Below, piece by piece: positions 26,652 to 38,199 of a stretch of DNA of 64,000 nt. The position numbers and the translations under genes are program-made. The DNA comes from Octopus vulgaris (taxonomy: Eukaryota). The notes under the pieces are model-generated. The model worked only from the letters and a program-made list of their open reading frames with translations. It was not told the DNA's origin and ran no database searches. The stretch covers positions 87,792,001 through 87,856,000 of the forward strand of contig OX597817.1 in the NCBI GenBank assembly GCA_951406725.2, given 5' to 3'. The stretch's first letter is position 1. Each line of letters starts with the position of its first letter.

Positions 26652-28109
26652 ATATATATCTCATCAAGGATATATACCAATTAGTATGTAAATTGATATA
26701 TATCTGATCTAAGATATATTGATAGATTAAAATAAATTAATATATGTCTCATGAAGGACATATTTGGATATATTAATATATATTATCAAAGAGTAGTACT
26801 TAGCATACCCATTTATATATAGGCTGAAAGAGCTAATAATAGTTGTCTTGACCATAGATACAACATATAGTCATCATTCATCCTTCTTATAAAAGATGTT
26901 TCCCTCTGTAACTATAACCAGACTAGAAGGGGCTGCACTATATATCTGTGTGTAATTACATCCAATGTGTAAAGACTGCACCTTGTATCAACATCATTTA
27001 ACATCTGTCTTCCATGCTGATATGAGCTCCACTTTCTGCTTTGGCATAGTTTCAATGACTGGATACCTTTCCTAACACCAACCACTTTCCAGAGTATATC
27101 AGGTGCTTTTTTTTGTGTGTCACCAGCATTAATAAGGTCACCAGGTAACTCACAAGACCAAATACCTTGACTGTGTGGAAGTGAAGTATTGAAGGAGGTG
27201 GCTTTATGTCAAGTGTTGAGAGGCAAGAGTATGATAAAAGGATAGGAACAGATGTCTTGCTGTAGAGGACATATATGGCTGACCCAGCTGGAAAGAGGAA
27301 AAAAAACTAGATGACGGTGACGAGGTGCCAGGACATACCTTCAAAATACAGAAGGTGAATAAGAGGAAGACAGGGACAGAAGAACAGGAGTGGCAGGTGG
27401 CTAAGTTTGTGAGAGTGTAAGGTGAGGATATAGGTGAATGCAATGAATGGTAAACAGGAGAAGAGACTTAATTAGTGGTAAACATCAGTTTGGTGAGTAG
27501 GATGAAGAAAATAGGAGTGGTTCTTGGAGGAGGGGGAGGTGGTCAGAGGCTATTCAAAAAATACATCCAATTTGTAAGAGATTTTGCATCAATTCTAGTT
27601 CACATTATTTCAAATAGAACTAAGGTGGTGAACTGGTCAGATTGTTAGTACATTGGGCAAAATACATTTTGTCTGTCTTTATGTTCTGAGTTCAAATTCC
27701 ACTGAGGTTGACTTTGCCTTTCATCCTTTTGGGGTCCATAAAATAAGTGCCGGTTGAGCACTGGGGTTGATATAATCAACTTACTCTCTTCCCTGAACTT
27801 GGTCTTGTTCCAAAATTTGAAACCATTATTCAAGTATAACTGAAGGGACAGCATAGCGCAATTTATAGAGTGCTAGACAAAGTACTTTGATCATGAGGGT
27901 CCCAATAATATACTGTGGCAAGTTTAATCTATTTTGGATCCTCAAGAGTTGTTGGTCTTTTGCCAAAATTAAAAGTCTTTATTCAACTGAAATCTTTACT
28001 TTTCAGAAGCCTAAAGGTAGTTTGTCAAAGAGTTCTTAATATCAATAATTTTGCCAACTTACATATTCCATGCCAGTTCCTAATCATTTTCTTTCTTTCT
28101 CTTTCCTAG

Positions 28110-28185
28110 GCTCTCAGCTTAAAGTTCATTTCACATGCTTTCAACAATATGAACCCTCACACTAAAGAAATTTACAACTTACTTG
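28110..28185 (+). CDS. TBC1D32: TBC1D32/BROMI internal coding exon B (phase 0/1)
   Basis: Long pyrimidine tract ctttctttctctttcctAG|GCT...CTTG|GTAAAT; 76 nt; ALSLKFISHAFNNMNPHTKEIYNLL, matching recalled vertebrate ILKF...HMTKEIYTSL; phase joins exons A and C. Confidence 0.9.
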
Positions 28186-29234
28186 GTAAATAAGACATTT
28201 TTTATGCACTTCATACTAATGTGGTTTTGTATTTGTGTTTATTATTGTTGTTGTTGTTATTTCTAGTTTGAACTGTGGAACCGCAAAGCTGGTTGCTTAA
28301 CAAACAAAATACCCAGTCACAATTTTTTTTTCATCTTTTCTCAATATCATTCCCAAAATTAAGAGTCAATTTATCTCTCAACTTTCGACTACCAATACAA
28401 TACCAGTAAAATATTGGGGGGTTGATTTCAATGACTGCTCCTTTGTTTTGTGTCTGCCTTTGAAACAAATGTTGTTTTGGCTGTTGATATTGTTTTCTCA
28501 TTAATGCTTTTGTAATGTCATTATCGTTGTCTTTGTGATGATGATGATGGCAGTGGTTATTTTTGTTGTTATTTCCCCCCAAACTGAAACAGGCTCTGAT
28601 CAAGAATACCTACATCTACAGTGACATTACTCAATGTGCCGTTCTATTTTTAAAACAGTAGGGTGTAACGTTGAACGAAATCTGGCTGTTCTTTTTAGCA
28701 GGTCAAACGGGCACATTGCTGCTGCTGTGAAATCTCCTCTACCCACAGTTACAAGTTTTGTTGCTGTAGTAGTAATGGTAGTGGTGGTGGTGGTAACAGC
28801 AGCAGCAGCAGTTGTGGTAGTTAATTATACCATTGTCTTTTGCTTCTTAAAACTTCTCCACTAATGAGGATTGTTATGTGTGTTGTTTGTGTTATTATTG
28901 TTCTTGTGGTTGTTGCTGTTTGTGCTATTGGTGTGGCAGTATGCACACAATTGCACTATTGGTGTTGTTGCTTTTATGCATGTCTCATTCTTCTTGCTGT
29001 TAATGTCGTTGTTGTCTATGTAATTTCTGTTCTTAAATGTTATTTGTGTATGTTTTTTTTTTTTGCTGTGTTTGTTGTCTTCATTTAAATTTTGTTATTT
29101 ACTGTTAATGAAAATTTTCACTTTCAATTAATTTAAATGAAATTCAATTTTGTTTTGGTTAATTCCATATGTCAAGGATTTCTTCCGCATCTAGTGATTA
29201 GGTGCCATGCTGACATCATCATTTGGAAGGGGAC

Positions 29235-29575
29235 ATGCACAACACACACATACTTGCACACTACACACATATAAACACATACTTGTACACTACACACATA
29301 CACACCTACAAGCTCACACACAAAAGACAGACACAATGCAAATACACACACACAATCACACACAATCACTCACAGATACACACACATACAATACAAATAC
29401 ATACACTCACACACACATGCACGCACACACTTATGCATGCACATACACATATGTACACACATTTCACACACAACACACATACACACACACACTCACATGC
29501 ACATACACACAATGCACACATACAATACACATACACATGCAGATACACACATGCACATACACATGCACACACACA
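29235..29575. repeat. CA-rich low-complexity tract
   Basis: Imperfect (CA)n/(CATA)n; source of H/T-rich and C/V-rich spurious ORFs. Confidence 0.95.
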
Positions 29576-30202
29576 TTCCCTTCTTTAGAGTTCTTTTCCT
29601 ATTGCTTACTTTCTTTTTCTTTATTTGGTCTTCTCTCCATCCCCTCCATCTCCCCACCACCACCACCATACTCAACCACTTTCCTCTCTTTCGCTTTGTA
29701 TACATACAGATAGAATTAACCTGGCTTTCCTTTTTTTTTCTTCTTCTTATTTATTATCAACATCATCATTATCATTATTACTTTTATTATCATTATTATT
29801 ATTTACTTTTCTCTCCCCTTACTTTTGTCATCCCCTCCCCCAACTCCAACCCCAACCCCCACCGGTCCATTATTTACTCCTGTTCTTTGGTAATCAAGAT
29901 TTTAAGATTTGAGTTTATGTTTTATCATTGATTAATGGTTCCACTTCAAAAGATACTGATGTTCTGCTAGAAAACTCAATAGAATATCTGCTGGAATTTT
30001 AATGTAGAACTATGTAAACTTCCACTAACAACATTTATCTTTGGGTTTTTCTTGTGTTTTCTTTTTTTTTCTTTTTTCTGCTGAATCAATAATGTGATTC
30101 ATTCCTCCTCCACCTCTTTCTTCCTCCACTTTATATGTATATATTCTGTGCAAAGAATAGCAATGAATATGTATGTATAATATATATATAGATATTGTGA
30201 GA

Positions 30203-30245
<43 letters not shown>

Positions 30246-30915
30246 CACATACATACAGTAAGTTTAGTCTTTTTGGCTATGAAGTGTATATATACACACA
30301 CACACCCATACACACTCTCTCACATGCATACACGCAGTAAGTTTAGAATTGTATTATATATATATATGTGTATATATATATATATAGTCAGTTTAGAAAT
30401 TATATACACACACACTCACGCACACACACTGAGTAACTTTATTGTATTTTATGTATGTATGTATGTATGTATGTATTGTGAGTATAGAACAACGTATAGG
30501 AAATTATATGATGAGAATGTTTCTCGTACATATTTATATGAAGTCAGAAGCTGCTTAGATTTGTTGTTCCAGTCATTATTTTGCTTAATTCACAACTGTT
30601 TTATTATTGTAAACAGAAAACAGCCTAATATTGGAGCCATTCCCACATGTGCTCAACATATCATTTCTAGAATCTATTGGTTATTCATTCAACAAATGTG
30701 ATAATTCTTCAGAGAGATTTTAGATTTTGTCTTGCAAAATATCTATATTACTTTTCAGACACAATATGATAAGTTAGCACATTCCTCATTTAGTATAAGA
30801 GCCAAAATTTTCTTAATCTTAGTATTTTCTTAATTTCTTAGTGTCTTAGAGAATTTGTATATATGGCTTCATCTAAATTAGTTAGAAGTTGTTCCTTTCT
30901 GAACATTCATTTTGA

Positions 30916-31604
30916 TTAATCTTTTAGCAATTAAACCGGCCATATCCAGCCAAAATTTTCAACTTTGTTGTATCTTCAAAGTGGCCAGATCCAGCCTCTC
31001 GCACTTCCCCTACAATGCTATTCTGAAAATAAACAATAATGTCATTGAAATCTCAAAGTTACAAAGTAATGTATGACTAATTCATATCAATGTAAATAAA
31101 TAAGCATTACATTATGTACCTCACATAAAGTAGCCTCTCGCGGATGCAGCTTCTACACATATAAACAGGTGTGGCTGTATGGTAAGAAGCTTGCATCCCA
31201 ATCGCATTGTACTGGACCTAGTCCCACTGTATAGCCCCTTGGGCAAGTGTCTTCTACTATTGCTTCAGGTCTATTGCTTCCCTTTCCCTACACCATGAGA
31301 ACTTCTTGACAAAATTGTTTGACAGAGATTTTCTATCATCTCTCAACTCTTAAATGAGAAGCTTTCTGCTCAATCACATTTTTATGGGGCTCTGCTTAAC
31401 CCACAGCTCCATAGCATTCAAATCATTTTGTCAAATATGTTTATTTATGCATTATGCTGTAGCTTTGAAATTTCAATGATGTGATTGTTTATTTTTAGAA
31501 TGAAATTGTAGGGTCAGTGTGAGAGGCCAGATCTGGCCAATTTGAACATAAAACAGGTAGAATATTTGGACTAAATATAGCCTTGGTAAATGCTAAATGT
31601 TTAA
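30916..31604. mobile_element. Two inverted copies of a TTAA-flanked MITE (about 30916-31330 and 31396-31604), the first carrying a captured local sequence
   Basis: TTAAtcTTTTAGCA...ccggccatatcc versus ...tatagcc...TGCTAAATGTTTAA; same family as 62663-62882. Confidence 0.75.
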
Positions 31605-32124
31605 ATCTCGTATGCTTCTTCTCTACATCTACAAACTGCTTTAAGTGAATATATGTGCACCTAGGCAGATGGTACCAACTTTGAATCTTTCATACACCCA
31701 TGTCATCTTCATGCATCTTAGTCATCCCATCACAGTATTTCTGTTAATAGAAACCTCAGTAACATCCTTGAATAAGGTTGTGACAATTTCATTCAAGAGC
31801 ACCAGGACGCATTCATTACATCAATGCACTGTCCTACATTCCTCTTAGTCAAGAATAATATCCTGTTCTACATGCTTCTTGGTCAGGAACAGCACACTGG
31901 ACTACATTAGTCAACAATAACATGGTATACTAAATCCTGGAATCATTACAAATACCAAACCATCCAACATTTAATTGCAACTACAGATTTATAGCCAAAA
32001 CTGCAATTCTGAATTAGACTTCACCTCCTTCAACCAAAATGTACTTCAGCTTCCAACATTCTACAAGACCTAAATGTACCTCACATAAAGTAGCCTCTCA
32101 CGGATGCAGCTTCTACACATATAA

Positions 32125-32262
32125 ACAGGTGTGGCTGTATGGTAAGAAGCTTGCATCCCAATCGCATTGTACTGGACTTAGTCCCACTGTATGGCCCCTT
32201 GGGCAAGTGTCTTCTACTATTGCTTCAGGTCAACCAAAATAGCCTCAAGCTGACCTAAACCC

Positions 32263-32332
<70 letters not shown>

Positions 32333-32725
32333 TGTACAGTCAAAGCTAAAAGTTTGGAACAGTTTCTTAAAAATTAAAATTGTTATACCCCAATAAAATT
32401 CGGTTCAAATATATACAATCTATATATTTCGGGGTATTTAATATAAAAATTCTAATTTTCAGGCCTATGTTCCAAACTTTTGACCATGCCAGTATGTGTC
32501 TGTGTGTCAGTGTTTCTTCCCCACCACTCCTTGACAACCAGTGTTGGTGTGTTTACTTCCTGTTAACTTAGCAGTTTGGCATAAGAGACTAATAGAATAA
32601 GTACTGGGCTTAGAAAAATCATTCCTGGTGTCGATTTGTTTGCCTAAAACCCTTCAAGGTGGTGCTCCAGCATGGCTACCATCAAATGACTGAAACAAGT
32701 AAAAGATAGAAGATAAAGATAAAGA
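32125..32725 (+). mobile_element. SINE family 1 copy interrupted by (TG)n and a small inverted-repeat insert (about 32337-32490)
   Basis: Family-1 head and tail motifs; insert bounded by aaaagtttggaaca / tgttccaaactttt. Confidence 0.7.
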
Positions 32726-33119
32726 AAACCATTCTACATTGCATCTAAATAAAAGCCATCCAACTGCTAGGCAGACCATCTCTCACTAACACACTATGAC
32801 TACTAATTTACCAATCAATGCATTCTATCCTGCTGTAGATGATCAAATAAAAGGTGGCTGGTTCACTTCTGAAAAATGCGAAAAAGTTTTTTTTTTATTT
32901 TTATTATTCTCATGAACACTAAATCTTCCAATAATAATGTATTCCTCAATAAAATTGGCTAAATTTTGCCTTCAGGGAAAAAAGTATTGGATTTTATAGT
33001 CAATAAATTTCTAATTTATGGAAATGTCTTTTACCTATTTATGTCAGATTTTGCTCCAAGTATTAAAATTAAGAGCATGTTACCTAAAAATATGTTAATG
33101 TTGTGCTGTATTTTCACAG

Positions 33120-33226
33120 TGGAGTCTTTGATATTCCAAATTCTATCACATGAGGATCATCCATCGATATCACTACAAAATGGTTTAAATGTCATGGCAC
33201 CAGAAATGGTAAAAATTTTTAAAATG
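33120..33226 (+). CDS. TBC1D32: TBC1D32/BROMI internal coding exon C (phase 1/0)
   Basis: ttttcacAG|TG...AAAATG|GTTAGT; 107 nt; (V)ESLIFQILSHEDHPSISLQNGLNVMAPEMVKIFKM; lies within ORF 32966..33286; length and phase fit between B and D. Confidence 0.85.
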
Positions 33227-33939
33227 GTTAGTTTCTTTTATATCAACTGTGTTGTCATTCAGAATAAATCTCCATTAATCCTTTGATTTAATTTTTAGAA
33301 TATTGATTTTGTTGTTTTTTGATTTGTGTAGACGTATATTGGTTGGGCAGTGAACAAGGATTACTATATCCTAATTAATTGTTTTCTGATTATCCGAGAT
33401 GACATAGTTCAATGGATAGAATGTTGATCTACAAACCTAATAAATAGCATTTCAGATCACATCTCCAGCACTCTGTTATGTCAAGGATCAACTCTTTAAC
33501 TTTCAGTGACTCAGTCTACTTACTTCATGTCAATAGGTATCATGACTACATACAACTAATTGCTGTAATGAACAGGTTACTTATCATCATCATCATCATC
33601 ATTTGATGTCCATTGTCCATGCTGGCATGGGTTGGACTGTTTGGCCAGAGCTGGCAACTTGGGGACCTGCACCAGACTCCAGTCTGATTTGGCAAGGTTT
33701 CTACAGCTAGATACCTTTCCAAACACCAACCAACCAACTATTTTACAGAGTGTACTGGGTGCTTTTACATGGTACTGCATGGGTGCTCTTATGTGGGGCT
33801 GCACAGGCACTTTTACATGGCATTGGCACGGTTTTACACCACTACAGGGATTGGTCTTAACACTCCTGCTGTGGAGTATGGGTCTTCTTGAATACAGCAA
33901 GTTGTCAGGTATCTCGGTTCTTTGTTGCCTGCAAAGTTC

Positions 33940-35090
33940 AATATCCTGAAGTTATTCTTCACTAATTCATCCCATGTCTTCCTGGGTCTCCCACTTCCAC
34001 GTGTTTCATCCACTTTGAGAGATCAGTACTAATTAATGGAGCTGTTGTCATCCATCTGCATCACATGACCAAACCAGTGCAGTCTTCTCTCTTGCACTCA
34101 GCAACCAGTTCCTTTTATGCTTAACTTCTCTCTCAAAGCACTAGCACTCTGTCGAATGTGTACACTTACATTACACATCCAATGGAACATATTAACCTCG
34201 TTCCTTTCTAACCTTTGCATGTCTTCTGCATTCAGGGCCCATGTCTCACTACCATATAAAATTCCTGTCACACAACCTTTCTTTCATTCAAAGAGAGAAA
34301 CCTTTCATGGCCAACAAAGGTAACAGCGCACTGAATTTCCTCCATCCTATTCTTGTTCTAGCTGTCACATTCTCTGTGCATCCTCCTCCACTACTAATTT
34401 GGTCCCCTAAATTGCAGAAATTATTTACTACCTCTAATAAGCCACCAGAGCAATTGAGTCTCTTAAATTTTTTATGGATCCTGTGCGTCTTTCACATATG
34501 AAAACTATTTTCATTGATAACCTTCATATTAATCCACCTCACTTCTTATGTGTCCATAGCTTACACTGGGTACACCATATGGAGTTCCTGCCTACACCTT
34601 TCCTAGAAATCGAACAGGGCCACCTACTTGAGTGGGGGAGTGTTCTGTTAGTTTTCTTGCTTACTAGGACCTTAGTCTTTGCTAAGCTAACCTTAAGGGC
34701 CTTAGATTCCAGGTTTTTCTTCCACACCTAGAATTTCTCGTCTAGCTCTGATATGGAATCTGCTATGAGGGCAAGATCATCAGTATATAGTAGTTCTCAG
34801 GGGCTGCCGGTCTTGATTTTCTGTTATGGCCTGAAGGACAATAATAAAAAAAGTGGACTATGGACTGAACTTTGATGAACCCCTACATGTACATCAAATT
34901 CTTCACTGTACTCATGGTTAACTTTCCCCCTACTGACAGCGTCTTTGTGCATGGCCAGTACAGCTTTCACTAGTCACTTGTCTATCCCTAGCCTCCGTAG
35001 AACTCACCATATCACACAGTGGGGCACCCTATCAATGGCTTTCTTTAGATTATCAAATACCAGGTATAATAGTTTATTCTTAACTAAGTT
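33940..35090 (-). mobile_element. RTE-clade LINE RT/3' region, decayed, with Cys/His finger inside RT
   Basis: VGVHQSSV, ELLYTDDLAL, KVSLAKTKVLVS...WPCSISRKGVGRNSIWCTQCKLWTHKK; runs into a family-3 tail at 33583-33940. Confidence 0.85.
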
Positions 35091-35653
35091 ATTCTATGTG
35101 GAAATTCTGCTGTGGACCAACTCAAGTTAATTGGAACTGACTCCCAGGAAATCCATTTGATGGATTTATCTTCCAGAGGAATCAAGAATTGTATTCAACT
35201 TGATACTTGACATTTTGATATCTCTCTCTCTTTCTCTCTCTCCACTGACATTCTCTCTCTCTCTCACACACACACTCACACACACGCACATATACATATA
35301 TATTATTCACAGCTCTTATTCTTTCCCTCCCCTACTAACCATACAGTTCTTCTACAAGAGCCTGCTTTGCCCTTCCCCCATCACCACCACTCCTCCTTTA
35401 CTCATTCCCTAACATTATGCCAACTCTCCACTTCCTTCAGAGTTTGTGGTCTTGCAAGTCACATGGCAACATCAGTAGTGCTGGTGGCACTAAAATGGCA
35501 CCCGGTTCACACTGTAAAGCGATTGGTATTAGGAAAGGCATCCAACCATCGAAACCAAGCCAAAGCAGACACTGGAGCATGATGCTATCCTTAGACTCAT
35601 CAGATGCTATCAAACTGTCCAACCCATGGCAGCATGGAACATGGATATTAAAT

Positions 35654-36534
35654 TATATATACTGTTTATGTTAGTCGGACTGGTGTCCCCATTTTGATTG
35701 TTGCTTTCACTACATTCTGGTTGTTGTATGCTTCAGCCTCCTTCAAGTGTCTTCTATTAAACTCAGTTGTTTTACTGGAATTTCAAACCTAACCTTTTAT
35801 TTGTTCTACAGAGGTACATTGTTCTCATACTATACTCTGTGTTTTGTAACTTCTTTTTTTGTTGCTTCAGTTGATTTTTTTTGTGAATTACCTTAGTGGG
35901 ATTGAACTCAGAATCCCTAAGTGACTGCAACGTTTTTATCTACTATGCTATAGCCATTCTGAGTTCAGTCCCAGTCAAGGCACTGAGGTAATTCACAAAA
36001 AAATCAACTGAAGTAAACAAAAAAAAAAAGAAATTGCAGGAGACGCAGAGAGCAGAATGACATCATTGTATCCTTGTGAATCAAATACAGCAGTGATTCT
36101 CAACCAGGGTCCAAATGTCCCCTGAGGGTCCATATAAGATAGGGGGAGGTGAGGGTCTATGCAACAAAATAGTAAATTGGGGATCCACAATAGCATTTCA
36201 AGGTTCCCTGAAAAGATTTTGCTTTCTTTAACATTTGACATAGTTCAACCTACGCAAGTTAATGTGTGGAAAACGATATAGGAATTTTGAAAGAAGTTTC
36301 TATAAGACTGTATTGAGTGGCTATGGAGATCCACCTGAATGAAATAGTAATAAAAGGGTTCCATAGATAAAAAATGGTTGAGAACCTCTGAAACAGAGGG
36401 TTAGGTTCGAAATTCCAATACAACTGAGTTCAACACAAGACACCTGAAGAAGGGTGGAGCATTCAATGGCTGAAACATAGTGAAAGCAACAATCAAGATG
36501 AGGACACCAGCCTCACTAATACAAGCAGTATATA
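35654..36534. mobile_element. (TA)-flanked fold-back element: arms about 35654-35914 and 35956-36534, each with a decayed minimal hammerhead (35708-35749 -, 36441-36482 +)
   Basis: Arms are reverse complements (tggtgtccccattttgattgttgctttcact / agtgaaagcaacaatcaagatgaggacacca; cttcagttgattttttttgtgaattacc / ggtaattcacaaaaaaatcaactgaag); spacer about 41 nt. Confidence 0.8.
36091..36390. mobile_element. hAT (Charlie-like) MITE inserted in the right arm of the fold-back
   Basis: TIRs CAGTGATTCTCAACC / GGTTGAGAACCTCTG; flanks aaatacag and aaacagag are consistent with a decayed 8-bp TSD. Confidence 0.8.
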
Positions 36535-36695
36535 CATATAAATAAATTCCTCATCTCAGAAATATAGAATTATATTATGGACATTAAATGATGATCATCA
36601 TCATTATGATCATTCAACTCACTTGAACATTAATACTCTGTCAGACTTGTTCATTCATATACCCTCTTGCAGGAAAATTAGTGCTTTATTTGCTA

Positions 36696-37090
36696 CTAAC
36701 AGTATCGCCCAGCATTGCTCGGGTTTGTTTCGACCCTTTAGAATTGGAATTTTTGAAAAGTAAAAATTTTGCATTATGTAGCTTGTTATTCTCTTTAATT
36801 GAACATTTTTCTGGTCGAAATACACCGAAAAATGGCAACATAACTGTCAAAAAATCATAAAAAATGGGGATTTTCATAGACAAAAAAGCACCTTTTTGAT
36901 GTAAATAATTTTGGGTCTTAACATGAACCAATTTGAATTTTATCCTCTATGGAATGAAGAGCAAGCCTTCTTCTATCATACTCTCAATTTTGGTCAACTT
37001 GAGCTGCAGGGTCTCGGAGGAGATAGTGTTAGTTGAAGGCTACCAAACCTGTCACACACACACAGACAATTTCAGCTTTATATATATAGA
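36696..37090 (-). mobile_element. Non-autonomous Helitron
   Basis: Minus strand reads A|TCTATATATATAAAGCTGAAATTGTCTGTGTG ... CCCGAGCAATGCTGGG hairpin, about 8 nt, TTAG|T (CTAG-like end); A|T target, no TSD. Confidence 0.75.
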
Positions 37091-37427
37091 TTTAAGTCTT
37101 GAGTGACATAAATTCTACAATATGGTTTGAATAACAACCTCAGGTCTACCAGCTTGGTAAGCTTGAGAAAGAAAGCAATGTGAAATTTCTGAAAATGTGA
37201 AAAGAGTATCACCAATGGGCAAAGAGTTTAACAGTTATCAGTAACGAGTATTTTTCCCTCTGATATTTCGGTATACGTTGTTACTTCATTATCAACAAAA
37301 GAAAGCTGAATGTGTGTCTGTCATTTCAAGTTATATGTTTAGCTTTAGAACATCACATAAATATCTTTATCGTTTAATCAAATTAATTGTTGCCACAGCA
37401 TAAAACTATTTCATGCTTATATTGCAG

Positions 37428-37489
37428 TTTCGTTTAATGCACAAGTTTCAACTGGAGGTTCCAAAATACTGGATGCGATATTCTGAAAA
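37428..37489 (+). CDS. TBC1D32: TBC1D32/BROMI internal coding exon D (phase 0/2)
   Basis: attgcAG|TTT...GAAAA|GTGAGT; 62 nt; FRLMHKFQLEVPKYWMRYSE(K), matching recalled vertebrate [21 protein letters not shown]. Confidence 0.92.
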
Positions 37490-37662
37490 GTGAGTATTAA
37501 AATATATATGTTAGTTCAACTATCAAAGGTATACTGTTACAGCTGGTGGATGTAGTGAGCAACTTGTTGCTATAATCAGTGAGGGGTATCAGATTCTCAT
37601 AAATGAAGTGATGCAGGACTAGGTACATGGGGATATACTGTGATACAAAACTATATATATAT

Positions 37663-37723
<61 letters not shown>

Positions 37724-38199
37724 TACATATATACACACACATACATATATATATACACACACACACACATGCACACACACTCATATATATATATATATAT
37801 ATCACCATCATCATCATTTAATGTCCATTTTCCATGCTGGCATGTGTTGGATGATTTGACTGAAAACTGGTAAACTGGGGGAGCTGCACCAGGTTTCAAT
37901 TTGATTTGGCGTGGTTTCTACTGCTGGATACCCTTCCTAATACCAACCACTCCAAGAGTGTAGTAGGTGCTTTTTATGTGTGCCCAGTACATGTGCTAGT
38001 AACAAAAACACCATGACTAGGATCTCACTTGGTTTGACAGGTCTTCCCAAGCATGATGTCTTGCCAAAAGTCTCAGTCACTTGTCACTGCCTCCATGTGG
38101 ACCAAAGTTTGAATGGTGCTTTTTACAGGCCACTGGCTTGGGTGCCAGTTACATAACACTAGCATTGACTATGACTGCAATTCCACTTGGCTTGACAGG

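Noticed and set aside
29172-30701. H/T-rich, C/V-rich and Y/I-rich ORFs (also at 25483-25771, 37497-37899, 48669-48984, 61021-61478)
   Set aside because: Translations of simple repeats
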